From NCBI GenBank assembly GCA_038238185.1, contig JBBRXY010000009.1, positions 1,385 through 65,384 on the forward strand: 64,000 nt of DNA. Reading direction: 5' to 3'. A program made the position numbers and the translations under genes. Source of the DNA: Acidimicrobiales bacterium (lineage in GTDB: Bacteria; Actinomycetota; Acidimicrobiia; Acidimicrobiales; AC-14). Positions 54,895-64,000 of this stretch are shown here, piece after piece. The stretch's first letter is position 1, and each line of letters starts with the position of its first letter. The notes beneath the pieces were generated by a model that was not told the origin of the DNA, ran no database searches, and was given only the letters and a program-made list of their open reading frames with translations.

Positions 54895-56496
54895 ATGAAA
54901 CGGCGAGGGGATGGAGTGGGCTACCAGCTCGGTGTTGACATCGGTACGACGCATACTGCGGCTGCCGTTCTCCGCCAGGGCCAGGCCGAGATGGCCATCC
55001 TCGGCGACGACACCGCCACACTCCCCTCGGTGATATTCGTCGGTACCGATGATGCCGTCGTCGTGGGAGATGCAGCCCGCGAGCTGGGCTTCTCCGACCC
55101 GACCCGGGTGGCGCGCGCCTTCATCCGCCGGTTGGGCGACCCCGTCCCGCTCGTGCTCGGGGAGACGCCCTACTCCCCCGACGACCTCATGGCCAAGCTG
55201 CTGCGCCGGGTAATCGACGTGGTCTCGGAGCGAGAGGGTGCATTTCCCGACCTGGTCACCGTCTCCCACCCGGCTAACTGGGGTGCCTACAGGCTGGATC
55301 TGCTCAACCAGGTCATCGGCCTCGCCGGCATGGAAGGCGTCCGCACGGTCAGCGACCCCGAGGCCGCTGCCATCTTCTACTGCGCCACCGAGGGGATACC
55401 CGACGGGAAACTGGTCGTGGTCTACGACCTCGGCGGCGGCACGTTCGACGCGGCCGTCGGGCGCAAGACCCCCGACGGCTTCGAGATCGTCGGGGCGGCC
55501 GAGGGTATCGACCGGCTCGGCGGTATCGATTTCGACGAGGCCGTTCTCGCCCACATCTCGAGAGCCGTCGGCGTCGGGCTGGCTGACTTCGAACCCGACG
55601 ACCCGGCTACGACCGCCGCCATCGACGGCCTCCGCGAGGAGTGTGCCGTGCTCAAAGAGACACTTTCGACGGCCGCCGAGGTGTCGGTGCCGGTGTTCCT
55701 CCCCGGCGGCGAACGCGAGGTGCGGGTGACCAGGGACGAGCTGGACGCCATGGTCCGCTCGTCGCTCACAGAGACCGTCGAGGTCCTTCGCCGCACCCTT
55801 GTCGCCGCCGACGTTGACGCCGCCGAGGTCGACTCCGTTGTCCTCGTGGGCGGGTCGTCGCGCATGCCGCTGGTCGCTCAACTGGTGTCCGAGGAGTTGG
55901 GCCGGCCGGTCACCGTCGCGGCCGAACCGACGCACGCGGTCGCCCTCGGGGCGGCGTTGTCGATGGTGTCGTGGGCCGAGAAGCACGATCCGCCCCCCTC
56001 ACCGCCGAAGGTCTCGACCACACTCACCGAATCCACCGATTCCGAATCCACCGATTCCGAATCCACCGATTCCGACTCCGCCGAATCCAAGGACGCCGAA
56101 TCCAAGGACGCCGAATCCAAGGACGCCGAATCCAAGGACGCCGAATCCAAGGACGCCGAATCCAAGGACGCCGATTCCAAGGACGCCGATTCCGACTCCG
56201 CCGAATCCAAAGACGCCGGGTCCAAGCCGGCGGAACAGGCGTCGCCCCAGCGCTCGGGGCCACCGCCCTTGTCACTGCTGATGTCGATCGTCGCGGCTGC
56301 GTGCTCCCTGGTCATGGTGGCGGCCGCAGCCGGGGCAGGGACGCTCATCGCCGTCGGGCAGGTGGCGGCGGGGATCGGGCTGGTGGCACTGGCTGTCGGC
56401 GCAGGTGTGGCCCTGCTTCTCATCATGAGGCGGCCCGCTCATCGGGTCTCGGCAACGACCGAGTCCGCAGAGCACCGGGAAGAATCGCCGTTGTAG
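54895..56496 (+). CDS. Hsp70-family (DnaK-like ATPase domain) protein with an acidic repeat linker and a C-terminal double-TM anchor
   Basis: LGVDIGTTHTAAAV, VVYDLGGGTFDAAV and VVLVGGSSRMPLV actin-fold/Hsp70 phosphate motifs. No substrate-binding domain. Then (ESTDS)x3, (ESKDA)x6 and related repeats, then hydrophobic MSIVAAACSLVMVAAAAGAG...GLVALAVGAGVALLLIM. Confidence 0.85.
   Translation: MKRRGDGVGYQLGVDIGTTHTAAAVLRQGQAEMAILGDDTATLPSVIFVGTDDAVVVGDAARELGFSDPTRVARAFIRRLGDPVPLVLGETPYSPDDLMAKLLRRVIDVVSEREGAFPDLVTVSHPANWGAYRLDLLNQVIGLAGMEGVRTVSDPEAAAIFYCATEGIPDGKLVVVYDLGGGTFDAAVGRKTPDGFEIVGAAEGIDRLGGIDFDEAVLAHISRAVGVGLADFEPDDPATTAAIDGLREECAVLKETLSTAAEVSVPVFLPGGEREVRVTRDELDAMVRSSLTETVEVLRRTLVAADVDAAEVDSVVLVGGSSRMPLVAQLVSEELGRPVTVAAEPTHAVALGAALSMVSWAEKHDPPPSPPKVSTTLTESTDSESTDSESTDSDSAESKDAESKDAESKDAESKDAESKDAESKDADSKDADSDSAESKDAGSKPAEQASPQRSGPPPLSLLMSIVAAACSLVMVAAAAGAGTLIAVGQVAAGIGLVALAVGAGVALLLIMRRPAHRVSATTESAEHREESPL
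56039..56227. repeat. 15-bp periodic coding tandem repeats (gaatccaccgattcc x3; gaatccaaggacgcc x6; diverged copies)
   Basis: Read directly. Six consecutive perfect copies lie at 56093..56182. They encode an ESKDA pentapeptide array inside the Hsp70-like gene. Confidence 0.95.
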
Positions 56497-56517
56497 CGGT
56501 TATTTTGCGGTAGCGGG

Positions 56518-57192
56518 CTATTCCGGCGTGCCGGAGGCACCCGAGCAGGGCGCGCCCGGCTCCGGCGCCTTGGGGCTCTGGCGGTACTGCTTCACGAACA
56601 CCGCCAGCTCGGGGTCGGTGGCCGACGGCAGCTCGAGCTGGGCACCCCATGCCGAGGCCACGACAGGGGCGGGAAGTCCCGGGAACGGGCTAACGAGGAC
56701 GTACGTCGGGCTCTTGGCCAGGTCGCGCAACACGGCGACCTGTTGGACAGGCAGGTCGGGGGAGTACGTGATCCATACCGCCCCGTGCTCCATGGAATGT
56801 ACGCCCTGCTCCGTCACGATCGGCTGGGAGTAGTAGCCGCAGTTCTGCCAGATCGGAGCATGATCACCGCCCACCGGCGGCGTCTGGGGATAATCCACCT
56901 TCCCCTGCACGTGGTTCCGGGCGAGAGCGGCGTAGGTGTTCACCGTGGTCAGGTGTGTCGTCGGAGTCCCGGAAGGGGTCGCCTTCTGGCTCCCCGATCC
57001 GCACCCGGCAACCAATAGGGCCAGGACGGCGGTGGCAGCCAGAGCCCTCGTTCTTTTCCCGATCCTTCTCGCCCGGAATCGTCCGGCGCCTGCGTCGCCT
57101 CGAATGACAGATCGCTCAGGGCGAGGGGGCACGCTCACCCCCGGCTCGCTTGCCGGCCTCCACGAACGCCAGGCGGAGGCTGGTAAGGGCAT
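56518..57192 (-). CDS. DUF3105-domain lipoprotein
   Basis: Lipobox LALLVAGCGSGS. Conserved GGDHAPIWQNCGYYSQPI...EQGVHSMEHGAVWITYSP. The only in-frame start candidates (57192, 57258) overlap the upstream DUF1844 gene. Confidence 0.7.
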   Translation of the reverse strand: MPLPASAWRSWRPASEPGVSVPPRPERSVIRGDAGAGRFRARRIGKRTRALAATAVLALLVAGCGSGSQKATPSGTPTTHLTTVNTYAALARNHVQGKVDYPQTPPVGGDHAPIWQNCGYYSQPIVTEQGVHSMEHGAVWITYSPDLPVQQVAVLRDLAKSPTYVLVSPFPGLPAPVVASAWGAQLELPSATDPELAVFVKQYRQSPKAPEPGAPCSGASGTPE

Positions 57193-57541
57193 CCCGCAAT
57201 GGGGTTTCGTCTTCGCCCAGCTTGTCGCCCAGACCTTCGACGATGGCGGCGAGGGCATCGACGGCCAGTTGTGCCTGGGCCAGATCGGGGCGCTCCTGGT
57301 CGAGGTGAAGAGCCGCGAGCTGGAACAGCCCGATGCAGTGGTTGGCGATCACCACGATCGCGGGTGTCTGGAGGAGCTCTCGTTGGACCTGGGCCATCCG
57401 CGCGGCCAACTCCTCCTCGGTGGGTTGGGCCCGCCCGGAGGGGTCCGACGGTGGGGCCGGTTGCGTGCCCTGGGGTGGCGGTGCGGGCGGGTCGTCTCGA
57501 TGGACGGGACGCTCGCCTGACGGTGTCCAGATGGTGCTCAT
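57116..57541 (-). CDS. DUF1844-domain protein
   Basis: IVVIANHCIGLFQLAALHLD...DLAQAQLAVDALAAIVEGLGDKLG is the DUF1844 signature. As I recall, DUF1844 genes commonly neighbour infC. Confidence 0.7.
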   Translation of the reverse strand: MSTIWTPSGERPVHRDDPPAPPPQGTQPAPPSDPSGRAQPTEEELAARMAQVQRELLQTPAIVVIANHCIGLFQLAALHLDQERPDLAQAQLAVDALAAIVEGLGDKLGEDETPLRDALTSLRLAFVEAGKRAGGERAPSP

Positions 57542-57734
57542 GCTGCTAGCCTAGGTGCACAATTGAAGACGGGAAGCGGGATCTTTGGGTCCCCACCTGG
57601 CCACCGTTGGTGCGTCCGGGTCGATTCGACCGCCGCAGGCGGGCGTTGCCTTCCCGACGTCCGCCTCTTTCGCGTCCATCGAACGAACACTGCGAAGTAC
57701 CAGCCCGACCATACAAGCCAAGGAGTGATGCCGG

Positions 57735-58367
57735 ATCGCCACAGCAGACGGGAACGACCCGAGGATCAACGACCGCATCCGAGCGCGCGAAGTGCGCTTG
57801 GTCGACCCCGACGGAGGTCAGCTCGGGATCAAGCCCACCCTGGAGGCTCTGCGGATTGCCGAGGAGCTCGGGATGGACCTGGTGGAGGTGGCGCCCAACG
57901 CCGACCCGCCCGTGTGCCGGATCCTCAACTACGGCAACTGGAAGTACGAAGCGGCAAAGCGCGACCGGGAGTCCCGGAGGCGGGCTGCGAGCAGTTCGAT
58001 CAAGGAGATGAAATACCGCCCCAAGATCGGCGGCGGCGATTTCGACACCAAGACGCGCAAGGTCGGGGAGTTCCTCGACGAGGGTCACAAGGTCAAGGTC
58101 ACGATCATGTTCCGTGGCCGGGAGGTCGCTCATCCCGACCTTGGCATGAAGATCCTCAATCGCATCGCCGAGACCCTGGGGCCAGGGGCCAAGGTGGAAG
58201 CATCACCCAAGCTGGACGGCCGCAACATGGTGATGGTGTTGGCACCTGACAAGCGGGCCAAGGCCGCGGCGGCCAAGGCGGCTGCCGAAGAGGAAAGCGA
58301 AGCAGGGCAGCCTCAGCCAGACGTCACCCCGCCGCCTGAGATCCCCACAGACGCACAGAACGTATGA
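57735..58367 (+). CDS. infC: Translation initiation factor IF-3, probable non-canonical ATC start
   Basis: [23 protein letters not shown]...[23 protein letters not shown]...[17 protein letters not shown]. The frame opens at 57729 after a TGA, and the conserved N-terminus lies upstream of the first GTG (57792). AAGGAG lies 9 nt before the ATC at 57735. Confidence 0.9.
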   Translation: MATADGNDPRINDRIRAREVRLVDPDGGQLGIKPTLEALRIAEELGMDLVEVAPNADPPVCRILNYGNWKYEAAKRDRESRRRAASSSIKEMKYRPKIGGGDFDTKTRKVGEFLDEGHKVKVTIMFRGREVAHPDLGMKILNRIAETLGPGAKVEASPKLDGRNMVMVLAPDKRAKAAAAKAAAEEESEAGQPQPDVTPPPEIPTDAQNV

Positions 58368-58386
58368 CCGAGATCGGAGCCACGAC

Positions 58387-58581
58387 ATGCCCAAGATGAA
58401 AACGCACCGAGGGGCGGCCAAGCGCTTCAAGGTCACCGGTACCGGAAAGATCATGCGTCGCAAGGCGTTCCGGTCCCACATCCTCGAGAAGAAGCCTTCC
58501 AAGCGCACGCGCCGCTTGGCCAAGGAAGCTGAGCTCCGCGGCGGTGACCGAGCTCAGGTCAAGCAGCTTCTCGGCCTCTAA
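58387..58581 (+). CDS. rpmI: 50S ribosomal protein L35
   Basis: [36 protein letters not shown]. Confidence 0.95.
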   Translation: MPKMKTHRGAAKRFKVTGTGKIMRRKAFRSHILEKKPSKRTRRLAKEAELRGGDRAQVKQLLGL

Positions 58582-58628
58582 CCACCCGAAACCGCACCAC
58601 GTCACGAGAACCAGGAAGGGAGCGTTTC

Positions 58629-58994
58629 ATGGCCAGGGTCAAGCGCGCCGTACACGGTCGAAAGCACCACCGGGCCGTCCTCAAGGAGGCCCGCGGCTAC
58701 TACGGCAACAAGAGCCGAAGCTTCAAGGCTGCCAACGAGCAGCTGATGCACTCCCGCCAGTACGCCTACCGCGACCGTCGGGCACGCAAGGGCGACTTCC
58801 GCCAGCTCTGGATCCAGCGGATCAACGCCGGAGCCCGCCAGCACGGCATGAGCTACAGCCGGTTCATCGACGGCCTCAACCGGGCCGGAGTCGAAGTCGA
58901 CCGCAAGATCCTGGCCGACCTCGCCGTCACCGACGACCGTGCTTTTGCCGCTCTGGTGAAGGTGGCCCAGGAGGCCCCGCCCAAGGCGTCATGA
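58629..58994 (+). CDS. rplT: 50S ribosomal protein L20
   Basis: [42 protein letters not shown]...[21 protein letters not shown]. Confidence 0.95.
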   Translation: MARVKRAVHGRKHHRAVLKEARGYYGNKSRSFKAANEQLMHSRQYAYRDRRARKGDFRQLWIQRINAGARQHGMSYSRFIDGLNRAGVEVDRKILADLAVTDDRAFAALVKVAQEAPPKAS

Positions 58995-59821
58995 GACCAG
59001 GGCCCGCCGGCCCGGGTGACGGATCGCCGGTCGGGCTGGCCATACGCAACCCCAGGGTCCAGCGGTTGCGCCGGTTGGCCCGCGACGCCAGGGCCCGCCG
59101 GACGGAGCGGGCCTACGTGGTCGAGGGCGAGAAGCTGGTCGCCGCCGCGGTCGCTGCCGGTGCGCCCGTCGAGGCCGTGTACGTCGGCCCCGGATATGCC
59201 GGTGCGCTGGCCGCGTCGTCCGCCGGCATCGTTGCCCAGGCCCTGGCCCCTGGTGTCCTCGAGCGGGTGTCGGCCACCGTCACGCCCCAGCCTGTCATCG
59301 GCGTCGTGGCCATCGTCGATACCGACATGGCGACGTTGCATCACGCGGTGGCGGCCGATGCCGGCCCGGTGGTGGTGTGTGTCGATGTCCGTGACCCCGG
59401 CAACCTCGGGACGGTGCTGCGGAGCGCCCAGGCCGCGGGGGCGGCCGGGATAGTGTTTTGCGACGGGACAGCGGACGCTTACGGCCCCAAATGCGTGCGG
59501 GCATCGGCCGGTGCAGTGTTCCAGCTGCCGATGGTGAGCGGAGGGGCGGCGGTGGAGGTGCTGGAGGAGTTGGGGTCGTGGGGGATGCGGCGCCTGGGGA
59601 CGCGGGCCGCGGGTGGTACCGCCTACGACACCACCGATCTGACCGGGCCGGTGGCCCTGGTGCTGGGCAACGAGGCTCACGGCCTGTCCTCGGAGATCGA
59701 GGGCGTCCTCGACGGCCTGGTCACCATCCCCATGGCGGCGCCGGCGGAGTCGCTGAACGTTGGGGCCGCTGCTGCGATTCTCTGCTTCGAGTCGGCTCGC
59801 CAGCGACGAACCCGGCCATGA
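58991..59821 (+). CDS. TrmH/SpoU-family RNA 2'-O-methyltransferase
   Basis: ATGA overlap with the rplT stop. [35 protein letters not shown] and [22 protein letters not shown] are SpoU motifs 1-3. Confidence 0.85.
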   Translation: MRPGPAGPGDGSPVGLAIRNPRVQRLRRLARDARARRTERAYVVEGEKLVAAAVAAGAPVEAVYVGPGYAGALAASSAGIVAQALAPGVLERVSATVTPQPVIGVVAIVDTDMATLHHAVAADAGPVVVCVDVRDPGNLGTVLRSAQAAGAAGIVFCDGTADAYGPKCVRASAGAVFQLPMVSGGAAVEVLEELGSWGMRRLGTRAAGGTAYDTTDLTGPVALVLGNEAHGLSSEIEGVLDGLVTIPMAAPAESLNVGAAAAILCFESARQRRTRP

Positions 59822-60894
59822 ACGCCACCACCGACTCCGGCACCCCCGATTTCGACCGGTTCCCGGACGCGGTGTTCCATCTCGATGCCGAGCGACGTCT
59901 GGTGGCCGTCAACCGAGCCGCCACCGAGCTCACCGGTCTCAAGCGCGACGACCTGATCGGACGTCCCGCCGGTGAGGCGCTCAACTGTCACACCACCGAC
60001 GGCAGGGCCCTGCTGGTCGACGGCTGGCCCCGGGCGGCCCGGCTGCGATCGGTGCGGGCCATACCCGAGCACGAGGTGGTGATGCGGGCCGCCGACGGCT
60101 CCGATGTCGTCACCCTCGTTACCGGTACCTACCAACGCGACGTCGACGGTCGAGTGATCGGGGCGGTGGTGGCCGCGCGCGACGCCAGCCGTCGCAGGGC
60201 CGGGCCGGCCGAGGGGATGGAGGTCATCTCCACGGTCAGCCACGAGCTGCGAGCGCCGCTCACGTCGGTGCGGGGCTACACGAGCCTCCTGCTCAACCGC
60301 TGGGACCGGTTGGGTGACGACCAGAAGCGGAGCATGCTCGAACAGGTCAACCACGACGCCGCGAGGGTCACCCGGCTCGTCACCGAGCTGCTCGACATCA
60401 GCCGCCTCGAGAGCGGCCGGCTTCATCTGCGCCGCCAGCTCGTGGACCTGCCGGCCCTGGTTGCCACGGTCGTCGAGAAGGTGCGGATGAGCGAATCCAC
60501 CCTCGACGCCGAGGTGGTGTTCCCCGGCGAATTCCCCCACGTCTACGCGGATCCCGACAAGGTGGAGCAGGTGCTCACCAATCTGGTCGAGAATGCCGCC
60601 AAGTATGGCGACCCGAAGGGGATGCGGATCATGGGAACCGATGGCGAGGGAGCGGTGGCGGTGGCCGTGACCGACAAGGGTCAGGGCATCCCCGAGTCCG
60701 ACCTGCGCCGCGTCTTCAGCAAGTTTTTCCGGCGGGCCGAGACCCGCCCCACGGGTTCAGGGCTCGGCCTGTGGATCAGCCGAGGCCTGGTCGAGGCCCA
60801 CGGGGGATCCCTGGTGGTCGAGTCCGAGGTGGGCCGGGGATCGACGTTCCGCTTCACCCTTCCCACCGGCCTCCCCGACGAGTTGTCCACATGA
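59818..60894 (+). CDS. Cytoplasmic PAS-domain histidine kinase (orphan; no adjacent response regulator)
   Basis: PAS domain (FPDAVFHLDAERRLVAVNRAATELTGLKRDDLIGRPAGE), H-box (VSHELRAPLTSVRGYTSLL), N/G boxes (NLVENAAKYG, DKGQGIP, GSGLGLWISRGLVEAHGG). ATGA overlaps at both ends. Confidence 0.9.
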   Translation: MNATTDSGTPDFDRFPDAVFHLDAERRLVAVNRAATELTGLKRDDLIGRPAGEALNCHTTDGRALLVDGWPRAARLRSVRAIPEHEVVMRAADGSDVVTLVTGTYQRDVDGRVIGAVVAARDASRRRAGPAEGMEVISTVSHELRAPLTSVRGYTSLLLNRWDRLGDDQKRSMLEQVNHDAARVTRLVTELLDISRLESGRLHLRRQLVDLPALVATVVEKVRMSESTLDAEVVFPGEFPHVYADPDKVEQVLTNLVENAAKYGDPKGMRIMGTDGEGAVAVAVTDKGQGIPESDLRRVFSKFFRRAETRPTGSGLGLWISRGLVEAHGGSLVVESEVGRGSTFRFTLPTGLPDELST

Positions 60895-61931
60895 CTGACG
60901 AGAGTCGTTCCCCCGCCCAGATCGAGGAGGAGGCTGTGGGCCGGGTGGCTGCCGCCGCCTCGGTGGCCGACCTCGACGCCACCCAACAGGAGTTCCTGGG
61001 CAAGAAGTCACCGTTCGCGGCATTGCACCGTGCCCTGGGTGGACTCGAGGTCGAGGAGCGCCGCGAGCAGGGACGGGCGATACACGAGGCCCGAACCAGA
61101 GTGGAGGAGGCGGCCACCGGCCGCCGGCAGACCTTGGAAGCGGCCGAGCGGGTCGTCCGCCTCGAGGCCGACCGCACCGACCTCACCGAGATCGTCGGAC
61201 GGCCCGGTCGGGGGCACACGCACCTCGTCAACCAGGCGCGCGATGACTTGGAGGACGTCTTCGTTTCCATGGGCTACGCCGTGGCCGAGGGGCCCGAGGT
61301 GGAGACCGACTGGTACAACTTCGAGGCGCTCAACATGCCCCCCGCCCATCCGGCCCGCAGCATGTGGGACACGCTGTACCTGAAGCTGGGGGCACCCGAG
61401 TCGGTGCTGCTGCGCACGCATACATCGCCCGTGCAGATCAGAGTCATGAAGAGCCAGGCGCCACCCATCCGGGTTGTGGCCCCGGGGCGGTGTTACCGCC
61501 GCGACACGCCCGACGCCCGGCACCTCCCGGTCTTCCACCAGATCGAAGGCCTGGTGGTCGACCGGGGCATCACGTTCGGCGACCTGGCCGGCACCATCGA
61601 GGCTTTCACCACTGCCTACTTCGGCGAGTCGATCCACACCCGCCTGCGACCGTCGTACTTCCCCTTCACGGAGCCATCGGCCGAGTTCGAGGTCACCTGC
61701 ATCTTCTGCCACGGCGCCGGATGCCGGGTGTGTTCCCAGTCGGGCTGGATCGAGTTGGGCGGAGCGGGCATGGTCGATCCGAACGTGTTCGCCGCCGTCG
61801 GCATCGACCCCGAGGAGTGGACGGGCTTCGCCTTCGGCTTCGGCATCGACCGTTGCGCCCAGGTCCGCCACGACCTCGACGACCTCCGCCACCTGCTCAC
61901 CAACGACGTCCGCTTTCTGTCGCAGTTCTAG
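60891..61931 (+). CDS. pheS: Phenylalanine--tRNA ligase alpha subunit
   Basis: GHTHLVNQARDDLEDVFVSMGY, NFEALNMPPAHPARSMWDT, LRTHTSPVQIR, RRDTPDARHLPVFHQIEG and GAGMVDPNV are class II motifs. Confidence 0.95.
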   Translation: MTDESRSPAQIEEEAVGRVAAAASVADLDATQQEFLGKKSPFAALHRALGGLEVEERREQGRAIHEARTRVEEAATGRRQTLEAAERVVRLEADRTDLTEIVGRPGRGHTHLVNQARDDLEDVFVSMGYAVAEGPEVETDWYNFEALNMPPAHPARSMWDTLYLKLGAPESVLLRTHTSPVQIRVMKSQAPPIRVVAPGRCYRRDTPDARHLPVFHQIEGLVVDRGITFGDLAGTIEAFTTAYFGESIHTRLRPSYFPFTEPSAEFEVTCIFCHGAGCRVCSQSGWIELGGAGMVDPNVFAAVGIDPEEWTGFAFGFGIDRCAQVRHDLDDLRHLLTNDVRFLSQF

Positions 61932-61960
61932 GTGAGTCGGCAGGAAGTGGCCTTTTAAGA

Positions 61961-62964
61961 CTACGACGCCCGTTGGTCGGCGCGCCGGACGATCGGGTTG
62001 ATGGTCCGAGAGGGCGGCGCTGATGACTCTTCGGGGCCAATTCGGCGGCAAATGGCCCGAGTGGCGCATACGCACGGGCCCAAGGCCCGATCCACAGGCG
62101 GCGATGGCCAGTTCGGGGGCCGGTGTCGAACGCGCCGAGGACACCGAGGCGCTTGAAGTTGGCCACGGTGGCCGCGAGCAGCGCCTGCAGGCGCGTCTTT
62201 CGTCGGCCCCGGTAAGCGGGCCTGGCGCATGCCCAGGTCCTGGAGATGGTCGATCTTGCGCTCGACCTTGGAGCGACGGCGCAGCAATGCCTTGGTCGCC
62301 GGCTCGGCCTGGGCCGCCCGGGCGGCGGTGATGCGGGCCTCGTGCACGCCGACGGTGATCTGGCGCCCGCCTTTGGCCGTGGTGCACTGGGTCTGGAATG
62401 GACAGGCGCCGCAGGTGACGGCGGCGAAGACGAAGCGGAGGGCGGCACGGCCCTTGTGGTCGGTGACCGGGCGGGCGTCGGTGGTGGTCTCCAGAGCCGG
62501 GCACGTGACGCTGTTCGCCTCGAGGTCGATCTCGAAGTCGGTCTTGGGGAAGCGCCCGCCGTTGGTCACCGGGGCCACCTTGGCCACCAGCTCGGTTCCG
62601 TGTTCTTCCACCGCCACCCGTACGTCGCCGTCGGAGTAGGCCATGTCGGCGAGCAGCGTGGTGATGACGATGCCGGGCAGGGTCAGGATCTGGGCGAGCA
62701 ACGGGGCGGCCCCTTGCCGTCGCCGGCGTTGCCGGCTCGGACATCCACGCCGAGAATCATCTCGGTGTCCTCGTCGGTGACGACATCCAGCTTGTGGCCG
62801 TCGAAGCGTCGAGCCGCCGACTTGCGGCCGTGGCGCATCTCCGGATCGGAGTGGCTGATGGTGCGATCGGGCGCCACACCCTGGCGGATCTCGGGGCTCC
62901 CGTCGTCGGCCTCGGTGACATCGTCGCCGATGACCTGGGCCAACAGGCCCGCAGGGGTGGCCAC
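61961..62964 (-). pseudogene. IS1182/IS5-superfamily DDE transposase remnant (5'-truncated, at least two frameshifts)
   Basis: Three reading-frame pieces: SDPEMRHGRKSAARRFDGHKLDVVTDEDTEMILGVDVRAGNAGD; LADMAYSDGDVRVAVEEHGTELVAKV...CPFQTQCTTAKGGRQITV...RSKVERKIDHLQDLGMRQA; and, in another frame, YRGRRKTRLQALLAATVANFKRLGVL. Confidence 0.7.
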
Positions 62965-64000
62965 CGCCGGGGCCGGTGCCGGTCTCGCTCCGCCGTAGGG
63001 TCGTCGTTCACAGACGCCTCACCAGGGGAAACGACGGCATGCTCGGCGATGACCGCACCGAGGGAGATGATCTGGACCCGGCCGTCGCCAACCCGGACCT
63101 CGACCTGGCGGCCGATGTGGCGGGTGGGCACCGAGTAGCGGGCCGAGCCGAACCGGACGCAGCTGAGCCGGTCGACCTTGCGGACCACGAGCTTGGCGAT
63201 CCGGGCCCGCAATGACGGCAGCACGCTGAACAGCTCGAGCTCTTTGGCCAGGCGCTCGGCGGGCACGGCGGCGATCTCGGAGTGGACCGCAGCGTTCACC
63301 TCATCGCCCCAGGCCGCGCCCTTCTCGTTCGCCGTGGCCAGGGCGGCGACGGTGAGGCCCTCGGGATCATCAGGTCGGACTTAACGTAGCCGACGAGGTT
63401 CTCCACCAGACCCTTCGATTCGGGGTTGGCGCCCTCACAGAAATCGGGCCGGAAGGAATAGTGGTTGGCGAAGCGCACGTAGTCAGCCGTGGGCACGACG
63501 ACGTTGGCAACGGTGGCTCCCTTCAGACAGCCCATGCGATCGCTCAGCACCGTGCGGGGAACGCCGCCCATCGCCTCGAAGCACGCGGCCAGGGCGGCGA
63601 GGGTGGTTTCGGAGCGTTGGTTGTCGGCGAAGAACACGAAGCGCCACCGGCTCCAGGCGGCCACCGCGCAGAACACCGACAGGGCACCGATCTCGCCCCA
63701 GTCGATCACCAACATGTCTCCCGGCGTCCACACGCCGGGACGACGTCCGCGGTGATTGCCCGACCGCCACTTCGCCTTGGCGATGGCAACGAGCCGGCGG
63801 AAGTTGCGGGCCGAGCCCTCGTAGCCGGCGGTGCGAGCTGCAGGCCGTAGCCGCTTGGCTGAGATCCGCCCGTGGGTCTTGGCGATGCGCTCGGCGACGA
63901 TGTCGGCCACCGAGTCGTAGTTGCGGGGCCTGTCGGTGTTGCCGACCACCTCCGCGCCGGCCACGGCGCGCTTGACGGTCTTGGGGGTGGTGCCGCAGAT
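62965..64000 (-). pseudogene. IS21-like (IstA-type, rve/DDE integrase core) transposase, frameshifted and 3'-truncated; runs off the window end
   Basis: DDE core (VIDWGEIGALSVFCAVAAWSRWRFVFFADNQRSETTLAALAACFEAMGGVPRTVLSDRMGCLKG...PDFCEGANPESKGLVENLVGYVKSDLMIP). A frameshift near 63300-63370 leads into NAAVHSEIAAVPAERLAKE...VDRLSCVRFGSARYSVP. Homology is lost at about 62965, where the IS1182-like piece begins. No istB follows. Confidence 0.75.

Noticed and set aside
57542-57734. Possible L20-binding leader or attenuator structure upstream of infC (hairpin GCCGCAGGCGGGC).
   Set aside because: Only a short generic GC hairpin is visible. I cannot recognise the L20-leader pseudoknot by eye. A covariance-model search is required.
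61932-61960. GTG immediately after the pheS stop read as a truncated pheT start.
   Set aside because: The frame is only 8 codons (VSRQEVAF*) and bears no resemblance to the conserved PheT N-terminus (M.v..sWL.e).

Overview
High-GC (about 68-70%) actinobacterial-type chromosomal segment. It is densely coded, and many long antisense ORFs are GC artefacts. The backbone is housekeeping: holB-tmk-topA, nadE, glnE, lysS, a group 1/2 sigma factor, and a translationally coupled infC-rpmI-rplT-trmH-(PAS kinase)-pheS operon. Four accessory or unusual blocks stand out.

(1) About 2.3-6.5 kb: a decayed integration scar beside tRNA-Thr(CGT). It holds a 45-nt copy of the tRNA 3' half, an IS21-like left-end remnant and small orphan genes.

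(2) About 13-35 kb: an ion and nitrogen homeostasis region.
- A DtxR-like regulator coupled to an H+-pyrophosphatase, plus nhaA.
- amt-glnK, and a second amt preceded by a 930-aa fusion of a CPA2 cation/H+ antiporter to a GlnD-like module. That module has no nucleotidyltransferase domain, a degenerate HD domain and two ACT domains. I consider this the most novel object in the window.
- Two APC-permease/OB-fold gene pairs flanking a sensor-less KdpD/KdpE pair and two trkA genes.

(3) About 36.9-44.9 kb: an actinobacterial Tad/Flp pilus locus (ssd/tadZ-like, tadA, tadB, tadC, flp, tadE-like). It runs directly into a LARTG-anchored surface protein, a class E sortase and an FN3 surface protein. 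It also carries a perfect 27-bp x5 in-frame repeat in tadB and a duplicated tadA start region.

(4) About 61.9-64 kb: a mosaic of frameshifted IS1182-like and IS21-like transposase remnants where pheT would be expected.

Other features are tRNA-Sec (selC), an Xre/RES toxin-antitoxin pair, and a membrane-anchored Hsp70-like protein with 15-bp coding repeats. No rRNA genes or CRISPR arrays were seen. All family assignments come from reading motifs by eye, with no database search.
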